Translations under genes and position numbers: made by a program | Notes under the pieces: generated by a model | Database searches by the model: none | What the model saw: the letters and a program-made list of their open reading frames with translations, nothing else | What the model was told of the DNA's origin: nothing | Shown: in pieces, positions 23,847 to 37,284 of the stretch | How the letters are laid out: every line of letters starts with the position of its first letter | How positions within the stretch are numbered: position 1 is the first letter of the stretch | Source of the DNA: Octopus sinensis | Lineage: Eukaryota | Assembly (NCBI RefSeq): GCF_006345805.1 | Contig: NC_043009.1 | Location: forward strand, 42,532,001 to 42,596,000 | DNA length: 64,000 nucleotides | Reading direction: 5' to 3'

Positions 23847-25310
23847 TATATATGCAGCAAGGATATATAATGTTGAATCTAATTCTCTGATTCTTTCTCA
23901 CTAATACTATAATTACTATGTTTTGATACCAAAACAGTGGGGATAAGTTTGTAAAGCATCATTTTCCTTACTTTATTTCATGCATATTGTTTTATGATGG
24001 TATTATACAAACTGGTTATACTGGTTTTAAATTTTGGCACAAAGCCAGCAATTTTGAGAGAAAGTCCAAGTCAATTACATCAACTGCAGTGGTTAATTGG
24101 TACCTATTTCATTGACCCCACAAGGATGAAAGGCAAAGTTGACCTCGGTGGAATTTGAACTCAGAACATAAAGACGGACGAAATGAGGCTAAACATTTTT
24201 GACCACTGAAGCAATGCTTCTGCCAGATTGCAGCTTTACTAGTCGTATTAAAACTTAAAAACTTAAAATTAACACTTAAAACAACTCCTACTTTAAAATA
24301 TAACCATAAATGTCTATAAATGTACGTAAGTAATGCTTTGATTAAATAAATTTAATTAATTATAATCATTTTATTTAATCCTCAAATTAGTCAAGCTATT
24401 CATCTGCCTCTTCATAGCACTTCGAAACTAATCAAAAACTGTCAGTATTTCAATATCATCACAGCCATCCCCCTTCTCACATATAACTTATGAAACTCTC
24501 CCTAAGCTGGCATATGGTAAACTACTTTAGAGATCTTTCATATGTGTATATATGTGTGTGTGTGTACATATATGTATACTTATTTATGTATATCTCATTC
24601 TTTGATTGCGATGTATGAATTACAACACACTTCAGACCCCATGCAGAGTAATTTGCTTAATGCTCCAAACTTCCGCATATCACTGCATTTATGGCTGAAA
24701 GATGGAAATTATTGAGACATTTGATGAAAACAGAAAAAAAAACAGAGAAAAATGAATAAAAATAATAATAATAATCTGATATGCATAGTTACTAATTTAT
24801 GTAACATTGATATATAAAATTGCAATATGAAAGAACTTCCATATTTTAAATTTAGTATAAATCTTTTCTGAAGATATATTTAGAATACATAAAATAAACT
24901 CATTGCTAAGCATATATTTAGATAAAAAAGGAAAACAACTAACAGATATATATACATACAAATACACCTATGCACTCAGATTTATTTGTATATAAGTTCA
25001 TATATATATATACACACACACATTATATATATATACGTATTTATATATCTGTATATATATTTGTGTACATATGTATATATGTATATATATGTATATATGT
25101 GTATATATATTTATATGTCTGTCTGTCTATCTATCTATCTATCAACACAATCCCTATTGATCGTTTTTTTTTCTTTCCTTTTTAAGATCCCTTTTGATCG
25201 AAAACCTAACCCACTTCTTTTTTTCTCCCCAAAAAGAAAAGCTATAATTTGTAATTTGTCCCGTCTGTGTTCAGCCCCGTGTGGCTAATAAAGAAACATA
25301 TTTATCTATC

Positions 25311-25363
<53 letters not shown>

Positions 25364-26301
25364 ATCAACAATATTGAAGACACATATACAAAGTATGTGT
25401 TTTGCCAGTTCATGGCGAGACTGTGATTATAGGTGTAAGAGAATATGTTCTCATCATTTCCCTTGATGCTAAAACACCTGGAAGACATGTTTACAAATGC
25501 ATATAGATAGCTATATACATATATAAACTACATTTTAATCAGAGCTTATTATACTGTGTTCATATATTTATATACCTTTATGTATCAAATCCAATAATGC
25601 ATGCATGCATGCACACACACTCCCACACACAAACATTTACATATATATGAATATATGTATATGGGCACAGGAGTGGCTGTGTGGTAAGTAGCTTGCTTAC
25701 AAACCACATAGTTCTGTGTTAGGTCCCAATGAGTGGCACCTTGGACAAGTGTCTTGTCAGTGGATTTGGTAGACAGAAAACTGAAAGAAGCCTATCGTAT
25801 ATATGTGAATGTGTATGTGTGTGTATGTTTATGTGTCTGTGTTTGTCCCCCACCATTGCTTGACAACCGACAGAATAAGTACTAGGCTTACAAAGAATAA
25901 GTCATGGGGTCAATTAGATTGACTTAAGGCAGTACTCCAGCATGGCCATAGTCAAATGACTGAAACAAGTAAAAGAATATGTGTGTGTGAGTATATATAT
26001 ACGCACACACATATTTATATCAATGTGTATATGTATATGCATATTATATATGCCTTTATATTGTGTTTGATATACAGATGTTATGCGTATTTCTTGAAAC
26101 TGTATATAATCATTTATAAATTAGATATAAAAACTGAAATTATGCATATCAAATGGTATTTAAATTCAATAATAGGGAATGAATATATACAATTATCCTA
26201 TCAATATTTGCATATATTATAATATATTATATGTTTATATACATACAATCAGGTTACATACATACATCTATAAAGATATATATGTATGTATATATATTTA
26301 A

Positions 26302-26519
26302 CCCTTTAGCATTCAGATTATTCTGTAAAATGTAAAGCTTATGTATTCACACCATGTAAAATTAATCCTGCATCATTTCATGACTGAGATTTCAATGATG
26401 TGATTGTTTATTTTTAAAATGACACAATGAGGTAGCTATGAATGACCATATCTGACTAGTTTGAACATAAAATAGGTAAAATATTTTGGCCGGATATGGC
26501 CGGTTTAAACACTAAAGGG
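26302..26519. mobile_element. TTAA-flanked (piggyBac-type) MITE
   Basis: TTAA|CCCTTTAG...CTAAAGGG terminal inverted repeats; the right TTAA is mutated. No coding capacity. Confidence 0.7.
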
Positions 26520-26526
26520 ATATATG

Positions 26527-26567
<41 letters not shown>

Positions 26568-27327
26568 TCATGTAAGCACTTTAAATTTCTTTTAAAACAT
26601 TTTATTACATTTAAATTTCCATCTTACAAACTGAAATGGGAGCTTGACAAAATTAACTCAATTAGCATCGAATAATGGTTTCATATTCCTTTTATAATTA
26701 AGATCTAAACTGTTAATATATGAATGCGAAAGAGATAGCTGAATAACTGTAAACCTACTTTTGGGCCACCCTGAATACAAGCACACACACATACACACCC
26801 ACACACACACACACATATATACATGCATCTGTTTACAATGATATGCTGCATGTTTCAACTTAAATCTTTACCTTTCTTTGCATACAATTATATTTTTGTG
26901 TATGCAAGTATGTGTATAAAAAAGATAATGGTAATACACAGTGTGTATACAATCACACGAGGTAGAATAAATTAATAAGAGAAAAGAAATCTTTCCTAAC
27001 TGGGTAAATTAAGTACATCGCGTTCTTATTATTGTAGTTTTTGTCATGTTCTTTTTTTTTAAATTGTTTTTTCTTTTTTTATTGATGAAATCTTTTTCCT
27101 TCAGTTGTCATCAAATAGTTTCTCTCATTTTTTTTTTGTTAGAATTTTATTTTAAAATTTAAGTGAAATAGAATTGCAAAAATATAATTTCAAAATAAAA
27201 TTCTCACACCTCTTGTATATTCTTTTCCTTTTTGTTGTTTTCCTGTATATAAATGTACGATTTGTATCATATGTGTGTGTGTGTGTGTTTGTATGTGTGT
27301 ATATTTATGTGTGTGTATGTATATATT

Positions 27328-27431
<104 letters not shown>

Positions 27432-28247
27432 ATATATTTATGTGTATGTGTGAGTGTTTATGTGTATGTATCTATATTAACAGAAAAATATAACCCTATT
27501 TTATTATTTTATTATTTATTTATTTATTTATTTATATGAGAATCTATTCCATACTTGCAACAAATAATGGTTAAAATTTAAAGGATAAAAAGCAAAACAA
27601 GTCCTTCGGAAACATACTTTTTAAATTATGTTTTAAAATCTTTTCAAATACAAAGAAAATGACAGAGAGAAAAAGAGGAGGAGAAAAGAGTGAGGAGGGC
27701 TGGCGTGAGAAAAAGAAAATGAATGAGTGTGAAAAAGAAGGAGAGAGAGAAAGAATGAAAAAGAAAGAAAAATGATTTAAATCATTACCAAATGACAGAC
27801 AACAAAATTTTAAAATAAAATAAAATAAAATAAAATTACTATTGACCAAATTTAAAAAAGAAAAAAATATATTTGTTTATTTGTTTATTGCTTATTTTTT
27901 ATTTAATTTATCACCTCCACCTTTCCCTCCCACTCAATCCACCTCCTTCCTCCTACACTTTCCTGCAAATATACAAATAATTGTGATCCAATCTTGGAAA
28001 GAGTAAAATTTAATTTTATAATATTATTTTTTATTCAAATTTATTCAAGGAATTATTTATTTATTATTTCATTATGGAAGCGAATGTTTTTGTTTCTTTT
28101 TTGTATTTTAATCATTTTTATTCATTTTCAATTTTCCTGTTTTTTATTTTGTTAAACCTAAATTCATTTCTTGTAAAATTTCTCTCTCTCGCTTTTGCTC
28201 TCTTTTTCTCTCTCTCTGTTTCTCACTACCTGTCTGTTTCCTCATCT

Positions 28248-28271
28248 ATCTATCTATCTATCAATCAACCA

Positions 28272-28342
<71 letters not shown>

Positions 28343-28361
28343 AATCTATCTATCTATCAAC

Positions 28362-28402
<41 letters not shown>
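28248..28402. repeat. (TCTA)n tetranucleotide array
   Basis: Direct reading; similar arrays at 14096-14166, 25308-25360 and 31685-31755. Confidence 0.95.
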
Positions 28403-28404
<2 letters not shown>

Positions 28405-28546
28405 ATACATTGACACCCTCTTTCTCCCTCATTGCTTATTTTCTCTGTTTCACTTTCTCTATGTTTTCCTGTCTTTCACAATCTCATTCTCATTTCATTC
28501 CTTCTAGATTCTTCATACTATTCTTTCTTACTTGATCTCTCTCTCC

Positions 28547-28577
<31 letters not shown>

Positions 28578-28850
28578 CATTTTATGCTCTACATACCTGC
28601 ATGCATACACCCACACATACATACATATACATATATTTGTGTGCATATATACATGTATATATACATATATACACACATACATATATGTATATATATATAC
28701 ATATACATATATATGCATATATATATGTTGTTCCTACAACTGCATTTGTCTTTGTTTTTCTATAAATTTCAATTATATATATATATATATATATATTTAC
28801 CATTCTCTCCCTTTCTTTCTTTCTCTCTTTCTCTCGCTCACTATGAATAT

Positions 28851-28940
<90 letters not shown>

Positions 28941-29129
28941 TATGTACCCATCCATCTGTAACTGTCTATCAATCTCCCACTTTCACTCTTCATGTTAGCT
29001 TTGAAATTTTTTTTCTCTTCAATTTTTCTAATTGAAAACATCAATATCTGTTTAATGAGTTAAACGAAACAGAAGCATTATTAATAATCTCATATGACTG
29101 TGTACATATATGTACACATACATATATAC

Positions 29130-29182
<53 letters not shown>

Positions 29183-29231
29183 GTATCTATATATATGTAT
29201 GTATGTGTGAATGTATGTATGTATGTATATA

Positions 29232-29267
<36 letters not shown>

Positions 29268-30128
29268 TGTATGTATGTATATAACCACACAAACACACAG
29301 AGATATGTATATATATTTATGCACATTGTGTATTTGGTTTTTTTTTTTTTTTGCTTTGTTTACTTTTAGCATATTTCGCATAAACCCTTACTAAGGGCAT
29401 ATTTAGCACAAATAAACTCTTTGGTAAAGACAAATTTAGCTGAAAAATGCAAAATCTAAAAATTATTTACAGCAATAAATAAATTATTTGTTGTATTATT
29501 TTAAATGATTTGTTACACAATTAATTAGATATGTAGTATTTTAACAAGAAAAATATTTCTTGCAGGAAAACACATTAAATGAGTGTAGTAGTGTGTGCAT
29601 GTGTTTATGTGCATGTGTGTGTGTGTCTGTATGTATATGTGTGCATGTGTGAAAGTGTTTAAAATGTTTCCTTGTCTTTTCCTATATCCTACTCTATAAC
29701 AGCTACCCACATGTACACTCTCTCACAAAGCATTCAGCAAATGCAGGCAGACAGACACACAGAATATAACCATAGTTTATCAATGTCATTAAGGTAAACA
29801 AATTGAATATCCAGTCTAGAAAAAGTGCCATGCAGTGCACTAAATATAAAGTATCAAAATTTTAAACACAGACATTATTATATTGAAAGCACTTCAATGA
29901 AATTTCCAATTAGAACCAGATGTTTATGCATCAGTTTATGCATAAAATATGTATATACACACACATGCACACACACACACACACACGTATATATATATGT
30001 GTGTCTGTGTGTGTGTGTGTGCATATATATATATATATATGTATACAAGGATATGTTGTAAGAAAGCTTGCTTTGCAACCATGTAGTTTTGGGTGCAGTC
30101 TCACTGCACAGCATCTTGGGCAAGTGCA

Positions 30129-31625
30129 TTTGCCGGAATTTACCGGAATTTGCCGAGATTTACCGGAAATTGAAGGAATTTGCCGAAGACTACCGGAATT
30201 TTTCACAAAGATTGCCGGAGATTACTGGAGTTTACCAGAGATAGCAGGAGATTGACCCCAAAATTTTGAAAACTTTTTAGGGAATATTTTGAAAACTTTT
30301 TGGGAAAATTTCAAAAATTTTTGGGAAAATTTTCAAAAATTTTGGGGAATAATTTTCAAAAATTTTTGAGAAAAATTCTCAAAAACTTTTGGGATAAATT
30401 CTGAAAAATTTTTGGGAAAAATTTTCAAAAAGTTTTAGGAAAAATTTTGAAAAAGTTTTGGGAGAAATTTTGAAAAATCTTTGGGAGAAATTTTGAAAAA
30501 TTTTTGGGAAAAATTTTGAAAATTTTTGATGAAAAGTTTTCGAAAGTTTTTGGTGAAAATTTTGAAAAATTTTGGGGAAAATTTTCAAAAATTTTTGGGG
30601 AAAAAATTCCAAAAACATTTGGGAAAAATTTTCAAAACTTTTTGATGAAAAATTTTCAAAAATTTTTGTGGAAAAATCTTCAAAACTTCATGGTGAAAAT
30701 TTTCAAAAATTTTTAGGCAAAATTTTCAAAAATTGTTGAGAAAAATTTCAAAAACTTTTGAGGGAAATATTCAAAAATGTTTGGGAAAGATTTTCAAAAA
30801 TTTTTGAGAACAATTTTCAATAATTTTGGGGTAAAAAATTTCAAATATTTTTGGGGAAAATTTTCAAAAACTTTAGGGGAAAAAATTTCAAAAATTATTG
30901 GGGAAAATTTTCAAAAAATTTTCTAAAAATGTTTTAGGAAATTTTCAAAAATTTTTGCGAAAAGTTTTTGAGGAAAATTTTCAAAAACTTTTGGGGAAAA
31001 TTTTCAAAAAACTTTTGGGAAAATTTTGAAAAATTTTGGGGAAAAATTTTCCAAAACATTTTGTAAAAATGATTGCCGGAGATTCTCGGAAATTGCCGGA
31101 ATTTGCCGGAGATTGCCGGACATTGCCGCAGTTTTCCGAAAATTGCCGGAGCTTGTTGGAATTTACCGGAATTTGCCGGAATTTACCAGAATTCAACGGA
31201 ATTTACCGGAGTTTGCCGGAATTTGGCGGACATACCGGAATATGCTGGAAATTGCCGGAAATTGCCGGAGATTGCCGGAGATTACCGGAGTTTATCGGAG
31301 ATTGCCGGAGTTTGTCGGAATTTGCCGAAGATTACCGGAATTTGCCGGAATTTGCCGGAGATCACCGGAATTTGACAGTATTTGCCGGAGATTACTGGAG
31401 ATTGCCGGAGATTACCGAAGTTTGCCGGAGATTACCGGAAATATTCGGAGTTTGCCGGAATTTGCCGGAGGTTACCGGAGATTACCGGAGATTGCCGGAG
31501 AATGCCGGGGTTTGCCGGAGATTGCCGGAATTTGTCGGAGATTCTGGAGTTTGCCGGAGATACCCGGAGTTTGCCGGAGATTACCGGAGTTTGGGGAAGA
31601 CTTTCAAAAATTTTTAGGGAAAATG
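30129..31625. repeat. Two-component 10-bp-periodic minisatellite (TTGCCGGAAT-type and AAAATTTT-type blocks)
   Basis: Block A 30129-30255, block B 30259-31069, block A 31071-31590, short block B 31591-31625. Confidence 0.95.
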
Positions 31626-31694
31626 CCCATGCACAAACACGCAGAACTCATATATATATAGATAGGTAGATAGTTAGCTACATTGATAGATAGA

Positions 31695-31726
<32 letters not shown>

Positions 31727-32346
31727 TAGATAGATATATAGGTAGATAGATAGATTGATTGATTGAAAAAGGTGTGTATGTATATTTCTGCTTTTGTTGT
31801 CCCCACATACCCTTGACAATGTATGTATCTGTAATTTAGTGGTTCAGCAAACGAAACCACTAGAATAAGTACCAAACTTGTAAAAAATTATAAAGTACTA
31901 GGATCGTTTTATTGGAAATGCTTCAGAGCAGAGCTCCAGCATGGTAATAGTCCTATGACTGAAAGAAATAAAAGATAGAAAAAATATCTTTGAATTGTTC
32001 CAACACATACTACATTTATATTAAATTTATTTCACAGTCTCTGTTGAACTTTTTCATCCTTTGAAGTTGATTTAAAATATTAATTTTCTTTTGCAGAGAA
32101 ATCAACATTTTTAATATTTGAAAGATGATTTAGCCTGTTTAAAGATAATATTATCTAAAGAATATGCACCAGTTTTGGGTGCTTCACTATTGAAGACATG
32201 TTATGAAAACCAAAAGAGTCATGTCTCTGTATGTATAAAGTAAAAGAAATATAAAACTTCAACCAAAATCAAAGCCATAATAAAGAGAAAATCTGCAAAC
32301 TGGGTACCACATAAACAGATAGAAACCATTTTATGTGCATATCTAT

Positions 32347-32510
32347 AGGCGTAGGAGTGCCTGTGTGGTAAATAGCTTGTGTAAGTACTACATGGTTCCG
32401 GGTTCAGTCCCACTGCGTGGAACCTTGGGCAAGTGTCTTATACGATAGCCTCAGGCCAACCAAAGCCTTGTGAGTGAATTTGGTAGACAGAAACTGAAAG
32501 AAGCCCATCG

Positions 32511-32549
<39 letters not shown>

Positions 32550-32780
32550 TTGTATGTGTGTGTGTATATATGTTTGTGTGTCTGTATTTGTCACGCCAAC
32601 ATCGCTTGATAACTGATGGTGGTGTGTTTACGACCCCGTAACTTATCGGTTCGGCGAAAGAGACCGATAGGCTAAGTACTAGGCTTACAAAGAATAAGTC
32701 CTGGGGTTGATGTGCTTGATTAAATGCGGTGCTCCAGCATGGCCACAGTCAAATGACTGAAGCAAGTAAAAGAGTAAAAA
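32347..32780 (+). mobile_element. SINE type B
   Basis: Same architecture; followed by the PLE-type element. Confidence 0.85.
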
Positions 32781-32782
32781 AT

Positions 32783-32813
<31 letters not shown>

Positions 32814-32823
32814 ATATATACAT

Positions 32824-33035
32824 TCAAAATGTGACCGCGTGTGTACCGTTGGCGATTTTTTCCTCGGTCTTCCCTTCTTTGGATCTTTCCTTTTCCTATG
32901 TTTCTGATGAAGAGTTCTGGTCGAAACGTTAAACCCTCTTTCTTTCCTTCTTTCCTGAGCATCCAATAATACTATACTTGTTCCACGTCCTCGCGTTGTT
33001 GTGTTTTCTCTTTGTGTTTTCATGTTTGGATTAAC
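32824..33035 (+). mobile_element. Short non-coding Penelope-type element carrying a hammerhead motif
   Basis: Pyrimidine-rich about 210-bp element between (TA)n tracts, containing GTTT-CTGATGA-AGAGTTCTGGTC-GAAACGTT-AAAC. Confidence 0.55.
32900..32934 (+). ncRNA. Minimal hammerhead ribozyme motif with degenerate stem II
   Basis: Stem I GTTT/AAAC; core CTGATGA; GAAA; helix III palindrome AACGTT. Stem II has only about 2 clean pairs. Confidence 0.55.
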
Positions 33036-33037
33036 TT

Positions 33038-33068
<31 letters not shown>

Positions 33069-33104
33069 GCATGTGTGTGTGTATTTATATGTAGATATAT
33101 ATAT

Positions 33105-33413
33105 ATAGAAAGAATGAACCTGTGTCCACTTCAAGCACTACTTACTGGAGAATTGGATCTCCCTGTTTGCTAGTTAGACCACTTCAGGTCTATCAGAGTG
33201 GTTCTTCCTCTGGTTTAGTGGAAATAACACGTCTTCATTAACGTTTCATTGTTAAGATGTTTTTCTCGTTTTCCAAACGTTCTCTCACATCTGTATGTAG
33301 AAATTAAAATTTTTTGTCTTTTCATATAGAGTCTGACAAGCTGTCCTCAAGGCTTTGGCTTTGTGGATCTAAAACCTTGGGTGATTCTATGTCCAAGATA
33401 TAAAACTTTGTTG

Positions 33414-33473
<60 letters not shown>

Positions 33474-33690
33474 AAGTTATAAATGACAGAGATATAGTTT
33501 GATGAAATTTTATCTAACAATAAAAAAATTCTAATATCACAACAAATTGTTTCATAACCTAAAAACATGTAAATGACTTGATTTGTAAGGGGACAGGAAT
33601 TCAGCTTACCCAGAGTGCAAACGACATAAGGTGTCAGCTTGTTCAACACAATGAAGGGCTAAATCCTGATGTTAAATCAAATGACAAATT
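33105..33690 (-). mobile_element. Possible degraded Ty3/Gypsy RT-RNaseH fragment interrupted by (TA)n
   Basis: KVLYLGHRITQG resembles the V.YLGH.I motif. It is preceded by a decayed DI-IF segment and followed by CERTF, in the expected order. Confidence 0.3.
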
Positions 33691-33698
33691 AAATCTAT

Positions 33699-34178
33699 AT
33701 ACCTATTTCTTTATTGCCCACAAGGTGCTAAACATAGAGGGGACAAACAAGGAGAGACAAAAGGATTAAGTCGATTACATCGACCCCAGTGCGTAACTGG
33801 TACTTAATTTATCGACCTCCCCCCCCCCCCGAAAGGATGACAGGCAAATTCGACCTCGGCGGAATTTGAACTCAGAAGGTAGCGGCAGACGAAATACTTA
33901 TTTCTTTACTACCCACAAGGGGCTAAACACAGAGAACAAACAAGGACAGACAAATGGATTAAGTTAATTATATCGACCCCAGTGCGTAACTGGTGCTTAT
34001 TTAATCGACCCCGAAAGGATGAAAGGCAAAGTCGACCTCGGCAGAATTTGAACTCAGTACGTAGCAGCAGACAAAATACCGCTAAGCATTTCACCTGTGT
34101 GCTAATGTTTCATTAGCAGACGAAATATCATTAGGCATTTCACTTGGCATACTAATGTTTCTGCCACCTCACTGCCTT
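33699..34178 (-). mobile_element. Head-to-tail multimer of type-A SINE
   Basis: One headed unit plus a second unit starting at GTATTTCGTC (junction 33897/33898), followed by a degraded extra head. Confidence 0.85.
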
Positions 34179-34599
34179 AAATCTATATACATTAAATCTA
34201 TATTCCATCTCCACCACCATCACCATAACTGCAGGACTGGTACTGTATGACAGGCTTCTGCACAGTTTCCATGTACTCATAAAACTTCGATCGACCCAAG
34301 GCAATTATAGAAGCTAGGTACCCAGTGTGCCACACACAATGAGAGCAAATACAGAACCACATAAATGCCAAGGGATCTTCTTAACAATTGCACTGCATGA
34401 CCATGTTTTATACCTGTGTCTGCATCTCTGCCTCTGTCTCCAGCTTTCCCATTACATGCGCAGAGAAGTTCTACATTCTTTAAACAGCTTTGGTGCTTAG
34501 CATTCTAAAGTAACTCAACTTGCTAGTAATTGGTTGGAAATGATATGACAGTACTATCAAAGAAAAATAACCAATGTTTTAGGAAGGTTTTGTAAGGGA

Positions 34600-34631
<32 letters not shown>

Positions 34632-35329
34632 GTAATAGTAGTAGTAGTAGTAGTAGTATTTTCTTGTTCTGTTTCTTGTAGAAGACAGAGAATCATTGCA
34701 ATTTTAAACATGTTTGTTTCTTCGACAGCTAAATACGTGCTATCAATTAAAGATAGTAAAAAAAAATACTGTTTAAATAATTAATTTTCAACTTTTCACA
34801 AAAGACAAAAAAAGAACTCAATTATAAGTGTTCCTTTTTAGTGAAAGGGTTGCGATTTGTTTGTTTGTTTGTTTGTTTGTTTACACATTTATTATTTTAT
34901 TTTATATATATATATATATATATACACATGTATATTTTTGTTTTGTACTTGGCTTTTATTTTAACTAAATCAGTGTCCTAAAATACATGTAAAGTTTCTC
35001 TGCAGATCCAAATCTATTTTTATTTCTCTAAAAAAAAAAAATTAAAATTAAAATAAATTAAAATAAAAAAAATTTTTAAATAAATGATAAAGTAAAATAA
35101 ATTTTAAAAATGAAGTAAAATAAAATAAAATGACAACAACAATAACCAAAGGTGATTGGTTAGTTTAAATATTTGACTGAAATGATTAGCCATCATCTCA
35201 AGTTTTAGCATTTGGAATTTGAAGATTCTTTGTTGGATAAAAGGAATGCCTGGAACTGAAATCATTCCATGTCAAAATGATTATTTTCCATTGGTGGAAT
35301 ACACACTTTCTCTACTATTTTTCGCTGAA

Positions 35330-35356
35330 TTATTATTATCATTGTTATTTTTATTA

Positions 35357-35387
<31 letters not shown>

Positions 35388-36060
35388 CATCATTATTATT
35401 ATTATTATTATTATCATTTTATCATAATTATTGTAGTTGTTTTTCATCATCATCATTATCATCATCATCATCATTTTTATTATTATCATTATTATTATAT
35501 TATTATTATTATTATAATTATTATTATTATTATTATTATTATTATCCTAATTATTGTTGTTGTTGTTGTTATTATCATCATCATTATTATTATCATTATT
35601 ATCATAATTATTATTATTGTTGTTGTTATTATCATCATTATTATTATCATTATTATCATTATTATCATTATTATTATGTTTTATGTGTATAATGAATGGC
35701 TATTTCAGAAGCAGTTCTTTTTTTATTTTAATACCATTGTTGTCCGATGTCGAATGTCACCACTATTGTTGGCAATGTTCCCAGTAGTATTGTTGTCCCT
35801 AGAACCAACATCACAATTACTGCAAATGACTGCTGCCATCGTTGTCTTCATCGTTGTCATCATCATCAGTGTCACACCCATCATCAACATCAGTGCCATC
35901 ATCATGATCACCACAACCATCACCACTATCATCATCATCATCAGTTTCATCATCATCCTCATCACCACCAATAGTAGCATTGCCATTATCCCCATGACCA
36001 CTGTGATGACCATCCTCCTTCTCCTTTTCATCATCATCATCATCCTCATCATCATCACTG
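35330..36060. repeat. Composite TTA/TCA/TTG triplet tract
   Basis: Direct reading; pure (TAA)n also at 36485-36668 and (TTA)n at 48268-48512. Confidence 0.92.
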
Positions 36061-36502
36061 TTGTTCATTTTTGTTTTGTTTTTTGTTTTTTAATATTTTG
36101 TACTTTCTGAAGATTAAATTTTCTGATATATCACAATACCAGTCATATATTCTATTGCAGCCAATGGAATATAAAATATTCCCATGCCTAGAGGTAATTA
36201 CTTGTGTCAGTTGCTACCCTAATTTGTTCAAATTCTGACAAACTCCACTTTCGCTTCCATTCTTTTGATATCCACAAATAAATACCAGGCCCCAGATTTT
36301 ATGGGGGGAGGGTCTAGCTGATTCCATTGACGCCATAGCTTGACTGGTATTTATTACATCAACCTTGAAAGTGTGGAAGGCAAAGTTGACCTTGGTGGAA
36401 TTTGAACTTAGAATGTAAAGATAGAAGAAATGCTGCTAAGCATTTTGCCTGGCATTCTAATGATTCTACTAGCTTGCTGCCTTAATGATAATAATAATAA
36501 TA

Positions 36503-36544
<42 letters not shown>

Positions 36545-36582
36545 TAATAATAATGATAACAATAATAATAATAGTAATAATA

Positions 36583-36670
<88 letters not shown>

Positions 36671-37055
36671 CTAGAAAAGCACTTGGAGAGCACAGACCTC
36701 CACCAAGCAGCTCATTTCCACCCATATACACGCATGCTGAAAATCGCCCAATTTCCCAAACCAGTGGATTTGTGTGTGTATGTGTGTGTGTGTGTATACA
36801 CACACACACACATATATATGTGTATGTATGTATATATGTCTTTGTGTCTGTTCTTTTCTCCCCATCACCCCTTGACAACCGATATTGGTGTATTTACATC
36901 TCTGTAACTTAGCAGTTCAGTAAAAGATACCAATAGAGTAAATAGTAAGCTTTAAAAAAATAATTTCTGAGGTCCAATTGTTTGACTAAGAACCTTCAAG
37001 ATGGTGCTCCAGCATGGCTACAATCAAATGACTGAAACAAGTAAAAGAATATTTA

Positions 37056-37284
37056 TATTGAGTTGTCTGGAAAGTTTGTGCCGATTTTTAAAGGAAAGAA
37101 AAAGGTCAATAAATACTTGCCATTACATTTTTAATCAACCAAATATGAACCATTTTGTTGAACAATGCGTCTCCATCTTTCTTTTAACTTGAAAATACCC
37201 TTTTCCCAGAACTGAGTTGCATGGGAGGGTAAGTCGAAAGGTAAGCTGCTATAAATTGGCATGAACTTTCCGGACAATCCAATA
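37056..37284 (-). mobile_element. mariner-derived MITE (internal deletion derivative)
   Basis: TIRs TATTGAGTTGTCTGGAAAGTTTGTGCCGATTT and AAATTGGCATGAACTTTCCGGACAATCCAATA. The minus strand retains the transposase C-terminus FWEKGIFKLKERWRRIVQQNGSYLVD*. Confidence 0.85.

Noticed and set aside
26740-26782. CAGGGTGGCCCAAAAGTAGG Tc1-like terminus (minus strand)
   Set aside because: No partner TIR or transposase remnant found; at most a solo end.
30259-31069. NF-kB- or HSF-like sites in the periodic array
   Set aside because: Units do not match GGGRNNYYCC or nGAAnnTTCn spacing consistently; the resemblance is expected from base composition.
31026-31669. Long ORFs (211, 193 aa) with CRRLPEFAGI-like repeats
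   Set aside because: A stop-free 10-bp period gives the same 10-aa repeat in all three frames; no splice or start context. Treated as a minisatellite artefact.
32098-32228. Strong acceptor TTTTCTTTTGCAG followed by a GTATGT donor
   Set aside because: Stops in all three frames.
36161-36193. 33-nt plus-strand micro-exon candidate (PMEYKIFPCLE)
   Set aside because: Splice signals only moderate; no supporting context.
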